Assembly: GCA_963767925.1 (NCBI GenBank)
Contig: CAVYGB010000008.1
Location: 128,001 to 192,000 of the forward strand
Direction: 5' to 3'
DNA length: 64,000 nt
Origin: an uncultured delta proteobacterium
Lineage (GTDB): Bacteria; Myxococcota_A; Polyangia; Fen-1088
How positions within the stretch are numbered: position 1 is the first letter of the stretch; each line of letters starts with the position of its first letter. Below the pieces are notes generated by a model. The model worked only from the letters and a program-made list of their open reading frames with translations, had not been told where the DNA came from and made no database searches. Below, in pieces: positions 43,738 through 52,260 of the stretch. The position numbers and the translations under genes were made by a program.

Positions 43738-45324
43738 TCACCAGCCTGGCAAGCGCGAGCGGGCGGTGATGGTCGGATCGACGATCGCGCGCGGGAGCTC
43801 GATGGTGAAGGTCGAGCCCTTGCCCGACTCGCTCTCCACCTCGATCGAGCCGCCCATCCCCTCGACGATCTGGCGGGTGATCCAGAGCCCCAGGCCCAGC
43901 CCGCCGTAGTGCCGGCTGGACACCGCCCGCTCGAAGCGCCCGAAGATCCGCGGCTGGTCGACGGCGGCGATGCCGATCCCGCGATCCACGACCCGCAGGC
44001 GGGCCCGGGCCTCGGTCCCCACCACCTGCACGTGGATGGGCTGGTTGCCCCCGTATTTCACGGCGTTCGATAGCAGGTTGTTGAGCACCTGCTCGAGCCG
44101 GAGGCGATCCCAGGTGCCCGGCAGCTCGGCGGGCAGGTCGGTCGTGAACTCGGTCTCGTCGGCCGGCGCCGGGTTGACCTCGCCGGGCCGCCGGCCGGCC
44201 GCCTGCCGCCAGCGCTCGACCGTGCCCTGCACGAGGTCGACGAGGTCGAACTCGCTGCAGTCGAAGCGCAGGCGCCCCGAGTTGATGCGGGAGACGTCGA
44301 GCAGCAGCTCGACCAGCTCGGTCAGCCGCTGGGCCTGCTCGGCCACCGCGGCCGCGTTGCTGTCGAGCCGCCCGCTGCGCAGGGCGGGGCCGGGGGATCG
44401 CTTCAGGGTGCGGTGCAGGTTGTCGATCTGGAGCTGCAGCGCGGTCAAGGGGGTCTTGAGCTCGTGGGAGGCGATCGACAGGAACTCGTCGCGCACCTGC
44501 ACCGCGCGCCGCAGCTCGCTCTCGAGGGCCCGCCGCTCGGTGATGTCGATGCAGGAGCCGATGAAGCCGGCGAAGGTCCCGTCCGGCATGTAGCGGGGGG
44601 TGCCCCGGTCGAGGATCCAGCGGTGCGCCCCGTCCCGCCGCCGCAGGCGGTACTCCAGCTCGAAAACTCGCCGCTCGTTGAAGGCCTCGACGTAGGTGTC
44701 GAGGCAGCGTTGCAGGTCCTCGAAGTGCACCCCCTCGGCCCAGCCCACCCCCCACTCCTGTTCGAGCGTGCGGCCGGTAAAGTCGAGCCAGGTCTGGTTG
44801 AAGAAGGTGCACATCCCGTCCGGCTCGGACATCCAGAGCAGGACCGGAGCCGCGTCGGCCATGGTGCGGAAGCGCCCCTCGGTCTCCTTCACCTGCTCGG
44901 CAGCCCAGTGGGCCTCGCTGACGTCGCGGATGATGGCGATGCCGCCCTGGATCGCGCCGGCGTCGTCGCGCAGCGGCCCGTAGCTGCCATCGAAGAAGCC
45001 CCGGCGCAGGGTGCGGGAGACGACGAAGGGGCGGGCCCGCGACCAGACCTCCTCGCCCGCCAGCGCCCGCTGGTAATACTGGTCCTCGCCGATGTCGACG
45101 AGGAAGGGAAACAGGTCGAAGGCCCGCTGGCCCAGCACCTCGCTGGCCGGCAGCCCCGACAGGCGCTCCATGGCCGCGTTCCAGTAGGTGTAGCGGCACT
45201 CCCGATCGAAGGCGAGGATGCCGTCGGCGCTCTGGGCCAGCACGCGGGCGGCGAGCGGCAGGATGAGCGGGGTGGGGGGCGCGGCGGCCGGCGCGGGCAG
45301 GGCGCGCTGGCCGGCGGTGGTCAT
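43738..45324 (-). CDS. Cytoplasmic PAS-PAS sensor histidine kinase
   Basis: Two PAS/PAC domains (WNAAMERLSG; FFNQTWLDFTG..VHFED), ASHELKTPL, NLLSNAVKY, DRGIGI, GLGLGL; no TM; ATG overlaps the beta-subunit stop. Confidence 0.93.
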   Translation of the reverse strand: MTTAGQRALPAPAAAPPTPLILPLAARVLAQSADGILAFDRECRYTYWNAAMERLSGLPASEVLGQRAFDLFPFLVDIGEDQYYQRALAGEEVWSRARPFVVSRTLRRGFFDGSYGPLRDDAGAIQGGIAIIRDVSEAHWAAEQVKETEGRFRTMADAAPVLLWMSEPDGMCTFFNQTWLDFTGRTLEQEWGVGWAEGVHFEDLQRCLDTYVEAFNERRVFELEYRLRRRDGAHRWILDRGTPRYMPDGTFAGFIGSCIDITERRALESELRRAVQVRDEFLSIASHELKTPLTALQLQIDNLHRTLKRSPGPALRSGRLDSNAAAVAEQAQRLTELVELLLDVSRINSGRLRFDCSEFDLVDLVQGTVERWRQAAGRRPGEVNPAPADETEFTTDLPAELPGTWDRLRLEQVLNNLLSNAVKYGGNQPIHVQVVGTEARARLRVVDRGIGIAAVDQPRIFGRFERAVSSRHYGGLGLGLWITRQIVEGMGGSIEVESESGKGSTFTIELPRAIVDPTITARSRLPGW

Positions 45325-46298
45325 CGCGGCTCCCCCAGGCCGAGGTCCTCCAGCCAGGCGCGGACCGAGCCCTCGACGCGGGCGAGGGCGGGGGCGCCCG
45401 CCGGCCCCCAGAAGCTGGCCAGCGCCGCCGTCGCCTCGCGGGCCGGCGGCAGCCAGGTCCGCACCCAGCCCTGCAAGGTGGCCTGGTTGTCGGCCGACTC
45501 GGCCGCCACCAGCCGCACCAGCGCCGCTGCCCAGGCCCGGTGCCAGCGGCCGTCTTCGGCCAGCGAGGCGAGGATCTCCCCGAGGAAGAAGTCCTGCCGG
45601 TCGCGGGCCAGGGTGGCCAGCTCATCGAGGGCGAGCTGGTCGAGCAGGGGCTTGAGGCAGAGGCAGAGGGCCACGAACGATTCGCCCCAGTCGTAGCGGA
45701 CCAGGCCTTGTTCGAGCGTGCGCCGCAGGGGCTGCCAGACGGGAGCTTCCTGCCAGTCGCCGAGGGCGGCGCCGGCAAACCCGGGCCCGGTGTGGCGGAG
45801 CTGCCCCAGGCGGTGGGCGATGCGGTGGATCCGCCGCATCTCGTCCGCCGCCTGGAACATGGCCACCAGGGTGAGGCGCCCGCTGGGCGCCATCTGGCCG
45901 ACGTAGGCGGCCTGCATCTGCAACCCATGCCAGAAGTAACGCAGGGGCGACAGGAGGCCATCGAGCAACGCCCGCCACTCGGGCGCCAGCTTGCGATCGT
46001 GGTCGGTGCTCTCGATCGAGCTCATGAGCGCGTCGAGGTGCCGCTCGCGATCGGCCTGCAGAGAGGTGTAAGAGGAGTAGGTTGTCTCGCGGGGATCGGC
46101 GAAGCGTTCCCAGTCGGTGCAGCGCAGGGCCGCCTCTCGCTGGTACCGCTGATAAAAAGGTCCCAGCGGGACGTCGATCGCGAAGCCCCGCTCGACGTGA
46201 TAGAGCAGGCGCGAGCTGACGATGTCGTATTCGCTCGGCACCTTCCGGCGCTGCTCCAGGTGCGAATAGGTGCGCAGGGGCGGGATGGTCCGGCTCAC
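45321..46298 (-). CDS. tmoE: Aromatic/alkene monooxygenase hydroxylase beta subunit (TmoE-like)
   Basis: LRTYSHL..RKVPSEYDIVS, DWERFADP..TY, PLRY..HGLQM..YVGQMAPS, FQAADEMRRI, DWGESFVAL. Confidence 0.9.
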   Translation of the reverse strand: MSRTIPPLRTYSHLEQRRKVPSEYDIVSSRLLYHVERGFAIDVPLGPFYQRYQREAALRCTDWERFADPRETTYSSYTSLQADRERHLDALMSSIESTDHDRKLAPEWRALLDGLLSPLRYFWHGLQMQAAYVGQMAPSGRLTLVAMFQAADEMRRIHRIAHRLGQLRHTGPGFAGAALGDWQEAPVWQPLRRTLEQGLVRYDWGESFVALCLCLKPLLDQLALDELATLARDRQDFFLGEILASLAEDGRWHRAWAAALVRLVAAESADNQATLQGWVRTWLPPAREATAALASFWGPAGAPALARVEGSVRAWLEDLGLGEPR

Positions 46299-46594
46299 GT
46301 CCAGAAGGCCTCCTCCTGGGACATCGAGAGGGTCCCGGCGAAGGAGACCATCACCTCCTCGAGATCGGCCGGCAGGTGAAAGCTCTCGCCCAGGTGTCGC
46401 TCGACCGCCGAGCGGGTGAGGTGGCAGCGATATTTGACCAGCACGCGCAGGTAGGCCCCCCGATCGATGACCTCCACCTCGCCGTTCAGCTCGCGGATGG
46501 CGGCCAGCACCGCCTGGCTGCGGGGGCCGGCCGAGAGGACCGGCCCCACCACCGCCGTCGCCCCGCCTTCACCGGCTGGAGCTGTCCGCCCCAT
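46295..46594 (-). CDS. tmoD: MmoB/DmpM family effector protein (TmoD-like)
   Basis: VGPVL..AVLAAIRELN..IDRGAYLRV..LGESF..LEEVMVSFAG; true start may be GTG 46572 if one G is missing from a homopolymer. Confidence 0.88.
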   Translation of the reverse strand: MGRTAPAGEGGATAVVGPVLSAGPRSQAVLAAIRELNGEVEVIDRGAYLRVLVKYRCHLTRSAVERHLGESFHLPADLEEVMVSFAGTLSMSQEEAFWT

Positions 46595-46892
46595 CGACGT
46601 CGATCCAGATGGCATCGTCTTGCACCTTTACTTCGAAGCGCCGGAGGGCGACTTTCCGGGGGTTGAGGCCCGCGCCGGTGCGGGCGTCGTATTGCCACTC
46701 GTGGGCCGCGCAGGTCAGGGTGGTCCCCACCAGCCGCCCCCGGTGCAGCGGAAACGCCTGATGCGGGCAGCGGTCGGAGAAGGCGCTCACCTGGCCGAGG
46801 GTGTTGATCAGCACGACCGGCTGTTCCGCCACCGAGCAGGGGCGCATCTCTCCCTCCCACAGCTCGTCCAGGGCGCAGACCCGCCGGAGCAT
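46569..46892 (-). CDS. tmoC: Rieske [2Fe-2S] ferredoxin (TmoC-like)
   Basis: VCALDELWEGEM, CPH, CAAHEWQYDARTGAGLNP; ATG overlaps the tmoB stop (TGATG). Confidence 0.92.
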   Translation of the reverse strand: MLRRVCALDELWEGEMRPCSVAEQPVVLINTLGQVSAFSDRCPHQAFPLHRGRLVGTTLTCAAHEWQYDARTGAGLNPRKVALRRFEVKVQDDAIWIDVDGADSSSR

Positions 46893-47131
46893 CAGGGCGT
46901 CTCCTCCACGACGTCGATGCGGTCGAGCGGTCCGATCTCGGCCTCCTGGACGGTGGTGCCCGCCGGCAGGCGGCGCCCGCGATGGATCACAACCGGACGG
47001 GCCAGGGGAGCTACCCGTACGGAAGCGGCGGACTGGAGCTTGTGGCACAAGGTGGCGGTGTCGTCCTCGGGCTGGGCGAGCACGAGCATCCCGATCGTGT
47101 CGCCGGCCAGAAAGCCGTAAAGGGGGATCAC
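46892..47131 (-). CDS. tmoB: Monooxygenase gamma subunit (TmoB-like)
   Basis: 79 aa VIPLYGFLAGD..SVRVAP..TVQEAEIGPLDRIDV; GTG overlaps the alpha stop. Confidence 0.85.
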   Translation of the reverse strand: MIPLYGFLAGDTIGMLVLAQPEDDTATLCHKLQSAASVRVAPLARPVVIHRGRRLPAGTTVQEAEIGPLDRIDVVEETP

Positions 47132-48606
47132 CGCTCTCCCCGATCGATGAACCCGTAGCGCCCGCCGTGGGCGTCTTTGCCCCAGGAGTGGTAGTCGAGG
47201 CCGAAGTACTCCCGGAGCATCGCCACCAGGTTGGCGGGGGCCTCCCCCGCGAGCACCCGCCGCACGACGTCCTTGTGCCGCTTGTAGCGCTCGGGCTGGC
47301 TCTCGAAGATGACCCGGCAGGGCTCCGAGCAGAAGATGAGCCGCTGGCCCTCCCGGTCCACCACGACGGCGCTGTTGTGGCCCGGCCGCCCGCCGCACAG
47401 CACGAGCTGGCACAGGCAGCAGAAGGTCACGATGGCCGATCCGTGCACGGCGAAGTCGTTGCCCGGGTCGGCCTTCTGCCAGCGGGAGGTGATGCGCGAC
47501 CAGACCGGATCGAGCTCCGGCCAGGAGCCGGGGTACTTGCGGCGCAGCCAGGCCCGCTCCTCGGGGCCGGGCAACACGAAGTTGAACCAGACCGAGGCCC
47601 GGTAGGTGTAGGCGCTCGCGTAGACCATGTGGTGGTAGTAGTCGAGCGACTCGAGGAAGGTGTCCCAGTACCAGGGTTTGCGCAGGCCGTGCTGCTCGAG
47701 GGCGGGCACGAACTGGCCGATCACCCACTCCTGCATGAACTCCTTGAAGGACTGGGTGCGGGCGTGCAGGGGGGTCAGGTAGTCCATGCTGAAGCCGGTG
47801 ACCACCGCGAACATCAGCCAGCTCCGCCAGAACCACTTGTCGATGAGCTGCTGAGCGTACTCCCGATCGTGCTCCACCACGATGCGCAGCACCGCCGAGC
47901 CGATCTGGGCGTGGCGGGCCTCGTCGGTCTGGATGCTGGTCACCATCTTCTCGAACATCTTGTCGCCCGCGCCGTGGGCCATCGCCGCCAGCCCCACGAA
48001 CTGCAGGTTGGTGAACCCGGTCTCGAAGACGAAGTGGGTGGCGATGGCGAACTCGATGGCGTCGCAGCCGAGCAGCAGCTCGTCGGTGAGGTGACGGGCG
48101 GCGATCGCTACCCAGTTGTTGGAGTGGTAAAAGCGCCAGGTCCAGTCGAACTGGCGATCCCAGCCCACCAGCTCGTGCATGAGCAGCAGGGGGATCTGGG
48201 TGTGGCGGAACTCGTCGAGCGCGCCCAGCAGTGAGGTGCTGCGCCAGGCGCTGCTGCGCCCGAAGCGGGCGCCCCGCAGATTGCCGATCACCGCGGCGAA
48301 CTCGGCCAGGGGCAAGGTGGCGGCGTGCAGCTTCAGCCCGTTGACCCACTCGGGCGCCAGCTTGGCGTAGTCGTCGGGCTTGCCGAGGGCGTCGCGAACC
48401 GCGTAGACCGAGGCGTCCTTGTCGCGCTGCTTGATGACGTATTCGGCGTAGTGCGTCCGGTAAGGCTCCTGCCAGCCGGCCCAGTCGGCGGCGGGCAGCC
48501 AGGGCTGCCCGGACAGCGCCGCCGGGAAGACCTCCTCCTCGCGCACGTAGGAGAACCGCCAGTCGAGCTGACCGGCCAGATCGAGCCAGACGTCGCGTCC
48601 CAGCAC
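47128..48606 (-). CDS. tmoA: Soluble di-iron monooxygenase alpha subunit (TmoA/IsoA-like, group 1) with YHS domain
   Basis: Iron ligands LAEFAA, DEFRH, FETGFTN, DEARH; DKWFWRSW, MDYLTP, KPWYWD, FCSEPC. Confidence 0.93.
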   Translation of the reverse strand: MLGRDVWLDLAGQLDWRFSYVREEEVFPAALSGQPWLPAADWAGWQEPYRTHYAEYVIKQRDKDASVYAVRDALGKPDDYAKLAPEWVNGLKLHAATLPLAEFAAVIGNLRGARFGRSSAWRSTSLLGALDEFRHTQIPLLLMHELVGWDRQFDWTWRFYHSNNWVAIAARHLTDELLLGCDAIEFAIATHFVFETGFTNLQFVGLAAMAHGAGDKMFEKMVTSIQTDEARHAQIGSAVLRIVVEHDREYAQQLIDKWFWRSWLMFAVVTGFSMDYLTPLHARTQSFKEFMQEWVIGQFVPALEQHGLRKPWYWDTFLESLDYYHHMVYASAYTYRASVWFNFVLPGPEERAWLRRKYPGSWPELDPVWSRITSRWQKADPGNDFAVHGSAIVTFCCLCQLVLCGGRPGHNSAVVVDREGQRLIFCSEPCRVIFESQPERYKRHKDVVRRVLAGEAPANLVAMLREYFGLDYHSWGKDAHGGRYGFIDRGER

Positions 48607-48626
48607 CAGGACAAGCCCCCCGTCGC

Positions 48627-48632
48627 ATTATA
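48627..48632 (-). promoter_or_regulatory. Candidate sigma-70 -10 box for the monooxygenase operon
   Basis: Perfect TATAAT on the minus strand, 20 nt upstream of the tmoA GTG, in very GC-rich DNA; no clear -35. Confidence 0.45.
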
Positions 48633-48774
48633 CCCACGCGGATCCCCTCGCCGCTTCGATCCCGTCCGGCAAGGAGGAGTCCAGTCCGCACCGTACGGGG
48701 TGCTCACTCGTCGGGGTCGGGTGGTCTCCTGGTCCTCCTTTTGGTCTGCCTTGTGCCGTAGTAGAAGACCCCAC

Positions 48775-50502
48775 ATGAAGAGCCCCGCGGTCGCGGCCGT
48801 GCCCCGTCGTGTCTGCCGCTTTCTGTCCTGCTGCACGCTGACGTTCCTCGTCGTCCTGCCGAACGTCCTGCCGAACGTGGCGACAGCCGCGCCCAAGGCT
48901 CCTCCGGCGCCCAAGCTCGTCGTCCTGCTGGCGGTCGATCAGATGCGCGGCGACTACATCGAGCGCTACGGCGGCACCTGGAAACACGGCCTGCGCACCC
49001 TCGTGGATCGGGGGGCCCTGTTTCGCAAGGCCCGCTTCCCCTACCTCGCCACCGTGACCTGCCCGGGCCACGTCACCCTCGGCACCGGCGCTTACCCCCA
49101 CACCCACGGAATGGTCCTCAACGGCTGGTGGGACCGGGCCCAGAACAAGCTTGTCGAGTGCACCGCCGACCCCAGCTCGGCCATCGTTTCGTACGGGGAG
49201 TCGCGGGCCCGCAACGGGGACAGCGCGAAGAACATGCTGGTCCCCACCCTGGCCGACGAGATGAAGGCCCAGCTCACCCCGACCCCCCGGGTCGTGTCGT
49301 TTTCGCACAAGGCCCGCTCGGCCATCGGCCTCGCCGGGCACAAGCCGGACCTCGTCACCTGGTACGAGGACGGCGGCTGGGTCACCGCCCAGGCCTTCAC
49401 CGCCGAGCCCAGCCCGGTGGTGGCCAAGCTGATCAAGGACAACCCCATCGACGCCGTGATGGGCAGCGCCTGGGAGAAGATCCTCCCCGCGGCCGCCTAC
49501 AAATACAGCGACGACGCGCCCGAGGAGCCCTCTTCCTCCCAGTGGACGCGCACCTTCCCCAAGACGCTGGTCTACGCCAACGCCACCACCACCCCCGGCA
49601 ACCCCGCGGCCGCCTCCGGCTCCCGGCGCTATTCGCTGTGGGAGCGCAGCCCGCTGCCCGACGATCTGCTGGGTCGGTTCGCCGCGGGCGCCATCACCGA
49701 GCTGAAGCTCGGCCAGGGGCCCGGCACCGATTTCCTGGCGGTCAGCTTCTCCGCCCTCGACACCGTGGGGCACGCCTACGGCCCCCTCAGCCACGAGGTG
49801 CAGGACGTGCTCGCCCGCCTCGACCGGGTGCTGGGCAAGCTCCTCGAGACGCTCGACAAGCAGGTGGGGCGCGGCAAATACGTCCTGGCCCTCAGCGCCG
49901 ATCACGGCGTGGCCGTGTACCCCGAACGCCTCAAGGCCGAGGGCAAAGACGCCGGCCGGATCGCCATGCGCGAGCTGGCCGAGAAGGTCAACGCCGCGCT
50001 GGAGGAGGAGATCGGCCCCGGCAAACACATCGCGACCATCAGCTACACCGACGTCTACTTCGCGCCGGGCGTGCTCGAGAAGCTCGAGGCCAAGCCGGGC
50101 GCGGTCGACCGGGTCAAGGCGGTGGCGGCCGGGCTGGCCGGGGTGGCGGCGGTGTTCTCCACCCGCGAGCTCCGGGATCTGGCCCGAGCCACCGATCCCA
50201 CCCAGCGGGCCGCCACCCTCAGCCACTACGCGGGCCGCAGCGGCGACCTGATCGTCGTGCCGAAGAGCAACTGGCTCAACACCAGCGCCGGCACCACCCA
50301 CGGCACGCCGTACGACTACGATCAGCACGTGCCGGTGCTGTTTTACGGGGCTGGCATCCGCCGGGGAAAGTACGACGTTCCGGCCAGCCCCGCGGACATC
50401 GCGCCCACCCTGGGCAGCCTGGTGGGCGTCACCCTGGGCAAGGCCGAGGGGACCGTGCTGAAGCAGGCCCTGCTCAAGCCGCCTGCTGCGCCCCGGCCCT
50501 GA
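48775..50502 (+). CDS. Alkaline phosphatase family protein (PafA-like)
   Basis: AVDQMRGDY, TVTCPGH (Thr nucleophile), SHKARSAI, DTVGHAYGP, SADHG, THGTPYDYDQHVP. Confidence 0.9.
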   Translation: MKSPAVAAVPRRVCRFLSCCTLTFLVVLPNVLPNVATAAPKAPPAPKLVVLLAVDQMRGDYIERYGGTWKHGLRTLVDRGALFRKARFPYLATVTCPGHVTLGTGAYPHTHGMVLNGWWDRAQNKLVECTADPSSAIVSYGESRARNGDSAKNMLVPTLADEMKAQLTPTPRVVSFSHKARSAIGLAGHKPDLVTWYEDGGWVTAQAFTAEPSPVVAKLIKDNPIDAVMGSAWEKILPAAAYKYSDDAPEEPSSSQWTRTFPKTLVYANATTTPGNPAAASGSRRYSLWERSPLPDDLLGRFAAGAITELKLGQGPGTDFLAVSFSALDTVGHAYGPLSHEVQDVLARLDRVLGKLLETLDKQVGRGKYVLALSADHGVAVYPERLKAEGKDAGRIAMRELAEKVNAALEEEIGPGKHIATISYTDVYFAPGVLEKLEAKPGAVDRVKAVAAGLAGVAAVFSTRELRDLARATDPTQRAATLSHYAGRSGDLIVVPKSNWLNTSAGTTHGTPYDYDQHVPVLFYGAGIRRGKYDVPASPADIAPTLGSLVGVTLGKAEGTVLKQALLKPPAAPRP

Positions 50503-50503
50503 C

Positions 50504-51643
50504 TCATCCCCGCAGGGCGTGGACCAGGAGGCTGGTGGCCGCGCCCCCCAGCACGAGGTAGGCCGAGCTGGTCCGCCGCCACAGGAGGAGAGCCAGCGCC
50601 GCGGCGGCGAGCACCGCGGTCAGCGGGTCGACGATGGCGGCGCGGCCGAGCTCCCAGGAGACGACGGCCATGGCCGCCAGCGAGCCGACGTTCACCCCGT
50701 CGAGCAGCGCGCTCGCGGTGGGCGACCGGCGCAAGCGGGGGATCAATGGCGCGCTCGCGGCCACGAACACGAAGGCGGGCAGGAAGATCGCCACCGTGGC
50801 CAGGCTGGCGCCCGCCCCTCCGCCCAGCAGGTAGCCGATGAAGGTGGCGCTGGTCGAGACCGGTCCGGGGGTCATCTGACCCACCGCCACCGCGTCGATG
50901 AGCTGCGCCTCGCTCAGCCAGCCGGTCCGCTCGACGAAGTCGGCGCGCAGGAAGGCCAGCAACACGTAGCCGCTGCCGAAGAGGACCGAGCCGATCTTGA
51001 GGAAGATGAGGAAGAGCGCGCCCAGGTCGAAGCCCGGCGGGGCCGCCCCACCGGCCGCCAGCGCCAGCGGGAGGGGCAGGGCGATGAGAGACGCGGCCGG
51101 CCCGGGCGTTCCCCGCCGGCGCGCCAGGGCGGGCGCCGCCGCGACCAGCCCGGCGCCGAAGATCACGAGCAGCTCGTGCACCCCGAGGGCCGCCGCCCCG
51201 GTGGCGGCCAGGGCCAGCGCCGCCAGCCAGCGGGTCCTGAGCGCGGTCCGCCCGAGGGTCCCCACCGCCTGGGCAACGACCGCGATGATGACCGGCTTGA
51301 TGCCGTACAGGGCGGCCTCGGCCCGGGGCAGGCGGCCGTAGCGCTGGTAGGCCCAGGCCAGGGCCAGCACCAGCACGAACGAAGGGAGGATGAAGCAGAC
51401 CCCGCCGAGGATCAGCCCCCTCCAGCCCGCCCGCTCGCGGCCCAGGTGGATGGCCAGCTCGGTCGAGTTGGGGCCCGGGATCAGGTTGGTGGCCCCCAGC
51501 AGATCGAGGAACCGGTCGCGCGAGAGCCAGCCCCGCTTGCCGACCAGCTCGTCCTCCATGAGGGCGACGTGGGCGGCCGGTCCTCCGAAACCGAGCAGGC
51601 CCAGCTTCAGGAAGGTGAGCGCCACCTCGCCGAGCGCGCCCAC
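50504..51643 (-). CDS. chrA: Chromate efflux transporter (long-chain CHR)
   Basis: FLKLGLLGFGGPAAH, PGPNSTE, FGSGYVL, GQMTPGP. Confidence 0.93.
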   Translation of the reverse strand: MGALGEVALTFLKLGLLGFGGPAAHVALMEDELVGKRGWLSRDRFLDLLGATNLIPGPNSTELAIHLGRERAGWRGLILGGVCFILPSFVLVLALAWAYQRYGRLPRAEAALYGIKPVIIAVVAQAVGTLGRTALRTRWLAALALAATGAAALGVHELLVIFGAGLVAAAPALARRRGTPGPAASLIALPLPLALAAGGAAPPGFDLGALFLIFLKIGSVLFGSGYVLLAFLRADFVERTGWLSEAQLIDAVAVGQMTPGPVSTSATFIGYLLGGGAGASLATVAIFLPAFVFVAASAPLIPRLRRSPTASALLDGVNVGSLAAMAVVSWELGRAAIVDPLTAVLAAAALALLLWRRTSSAYLVLGGAATSLLVHALRG

Positions 51644-51647
51644 CGGC

Positions 51648-52136
51648 TCAGCCGATCTCCTCGAAGAAGCCCAGGTCGCGGTTCTTTCGCACGTTGTTCC
51701 AGAGAAAATAGCGCCCGTTCATGGCGACGTAGGTGCCAGGTGGCAAGGCCTGGGCGAAGGCGAGGGCGCTGCCGAGGTTGAACAGCCCGTCCGAGCTGCC
51801 AAAGGTATAGGGGATCATGGCCCCGGTGAGCACGACCGTCTTGTTCAGCCCGGCCTGGCCCAGGGCCCGGGCGGTCAGCTCCATGGTGTCGGTGCCGTGG
51901 GTGATGACGATCCGCTCGGCCGGCGCCGCCCGACAGGCGTCGACGATCTGCGCCCGGTCGGCCTCGGTCATGTCGAGGCTGTCGATCAGCATCAGCGTCT
52001 GCACGTCGACCTTCAGGCCGCAGCGGCCCAGGGCCAGCATCTCCGGCACCCGGGTCTCGGCGAAGTAGAGCTTTCCCCCGATCTCGTCGTAGTCCTTGTC
52101 GAAGGTGCCGCCGGTTACCAGGATCCGGACTTCCAT
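51648..52136 (-). CDS. Short single-domain L-asparaginase
   Basis: VTGGTFDK, IDSLDM, THGTDTM, LTGAMIP, SDGLFNLG; 162 aa. Confidence 0.85.
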   Translation of the reverse strand: MEVRILVTGGTFDKDYDEIGGKLYFAETRVPEMLALGRCGLKVDVQTLMLIDSLDMTEADRAQIVDACRAAPAERIVITHGTDTMELTARALGQAGLNKTVVLTGAMIPYTFGSSDGLFNLGSALAFAQALPPGTYVAMNGRYFLWNNVRKNRDLGFFEEIG

Positions 52137-52260
52137 CGGCGCATCATAACGTCCGTCGACGGGTCCCTGGGTCCGGGCGGGGAAAAAAACAAGTGACTTT
52201 CTTGCCAGCCGCTCTGGCTGGTGTTTGATGGAAAAAAGAGCGGGGCCTGCGGAGGTAGGC

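Noticed and set aside
47128..48606. Methane/propane monooxygenase or phenol hydroxylase assignment
   Set aside because: A Rieske ferredoxin, a TmoB-type gamma subunit and the ABCDE order identify a four-component group-1 enzyme.
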